Shown in pieces: positions 62,879 through 64,000 of a stretch of DNA of 64,000 nucleotides (positions within the stretch are counted from its first letter, which is position 1; each line of letters starts with the position of its first letter). The position numbers were made by a program, and so were the translations under genes. A model generated the notes under the pieces. The model made no database searches. It had not been told where the DNA came from and worked only from the letters and a program-made list of their open reading frames with translations. The DNA lies in assembly GCA_046563655.1 (NCBI GenBank), contig CM102289.1, forward strand, positions 186,001 to 250,000, in the 5' to 3' direction. This DNA is from Yuukianura sp. NJ FZ-2021 (taxonomy: Eukaryota).

Positions 62879-63597
62879 TTAACACTTTACATTACTTTTA
62901 CATTAAAATTACAAACTGCCACATTTTACATTAACTCATTTATTAAATTTATTAAATTAAATAATGAATAAATAAATGAAACTTAGTCCGTATTCACTCA
63001 AAATATTCTGAGAAACATTTCCCTTTCGTTTTCACTAGAATTTTGTTGTGTAAATTGTGAAATGTTTGAAGTATTGCCGCGTAGTAAGATCATTTTGAAG
63101 ACTTGGAAATGGCGAGGTCAGAGGTCAAGTGTGAGATAATTTCCAAGAAGCGGACGTTATTCGAGACATTTTTTTGCAACATTTCCTCCTAACCTGTGCT
63201 TAATCTTTGTTCGTGACGCTTAACTTAAGTATTCTCAATACACACAAGATTAATTTTGGCAAACAGAAATTTTTTAGAAACTTCGCTTCAGTTACTTTTT
63301 TGTGGTTGGAGGTCAATACGAAGTGAAGGACCAAGTTAAACGAAAATTACTTAAAATTATTAAAATTTAATCACAATTGGCGAATTAAACACCAAAGCTA
63401 CAATTAGCGTCAAAAATGAAGCGTAGTCATTGCGTTCCAAGTTTGTTTCTAGTTTTTCTAGCACTGTTCAGTTTTGTCAACTGTGACGTAAGTGTTGAAA
63501 CTCTCATTTTTGTTTAAACTGAAGCTTGTTTCAATACTTTTTAAAATTTTACATTTTTCAAAAATTGACACGAGTAAAATTGAAAAACATTCTGTAG

Positions 63598-64000
63598 ATG
63601 GAATTGGCTGCAAAAGTGAAGCGTTCCGTAGACATCCGAGATTATTTGGACCACATAGGAAACGTCGTAAGTTTAATAAAATAAGTTATAAAAATTTGCT
63701 TACTTATAAAAATTCATTTACTTATTTAATTTCAACAAAATTTAGATAGATGAGTTTGGGAAGCAACTGGAAAAGCAAAAGTTAGACATCGCTTCTATTA
63801 GAATTTCACAGCAAAATTTACACACAAAAGTGAACGCCATCTACAAACAGGTAACTAAATCACAATTTTTTTTAAATTTTTGTCTAAAAACCCGCTTTTT
63901 GAAAAAGGTGGCGAATGCGACGGAAGAGTTTGAGCAATCTTTGGAAATGTTGGAAATGCGAACTACCACAAGAATGCATCTACTTGATACGAGAGTCAAG
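63598..64000 (+). CDS. Partial gene encoding a coiled-coil-like protein, running off the window
   Basis: Three in-frame exons MELAAKVKRSVDIRDYLDHIGNV / IDEFGKQLEKQKLDIASIRISQQNLHTKVNAIYKQ / VANATEEFEQSLEMLEMR... Confidence 0.55.

Noticed and set aside
1..64000. Prokaryotic systems (operons, CRISPR, defence islands) or contamination
   Set aside because: Genes carry spliceosomal introns and metazoan markers; the microbial-type genes have host-like introns and composition

Overview
This is AT-rich, gene-dense eukaryotic DNA with many short GT-AG introns. Gene content (troponin C, rogdi, asunder/IntS13, Tret1-like transporter, CBM14 peritrophin, GR-like receptor) points to an arthropod. A springtail (Collembola) is my inference from the compact introns, microbial-type genes and large palindromes. 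I spliced roughly 28 gene models by hand. Main highlights: (1) a 13-exon in-frame gene fusing eight C2H2 zinc fingers and SIM/AT-hook-like motifs to a hinge-less, catalytically degenerate SMC6-like head; (2) three intron-containing genes of microbial type: a fungal MEP-like ammonium transporter with a remodelled pore, a UPF0187-type bestrophin and a CYP51/CYP7-like P450; (3) a duplicated head-to-head P450 + WS/DGAT module; (4) a four-copy array of orphan single-pass membrane proteins; (5) a tetraspan-tyrosine kinase fusion; (6) several secreted Cys-rich peptides; (7) a GTGGCWAC module upstream of three unrelated genes; (8) DNA transposons (pogo, MULE-like foldback, 2-kb palindrome, MITE). Family calls come from motif recognition, not database searches. 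Exon boundaries are manual and may be off by a few bases.
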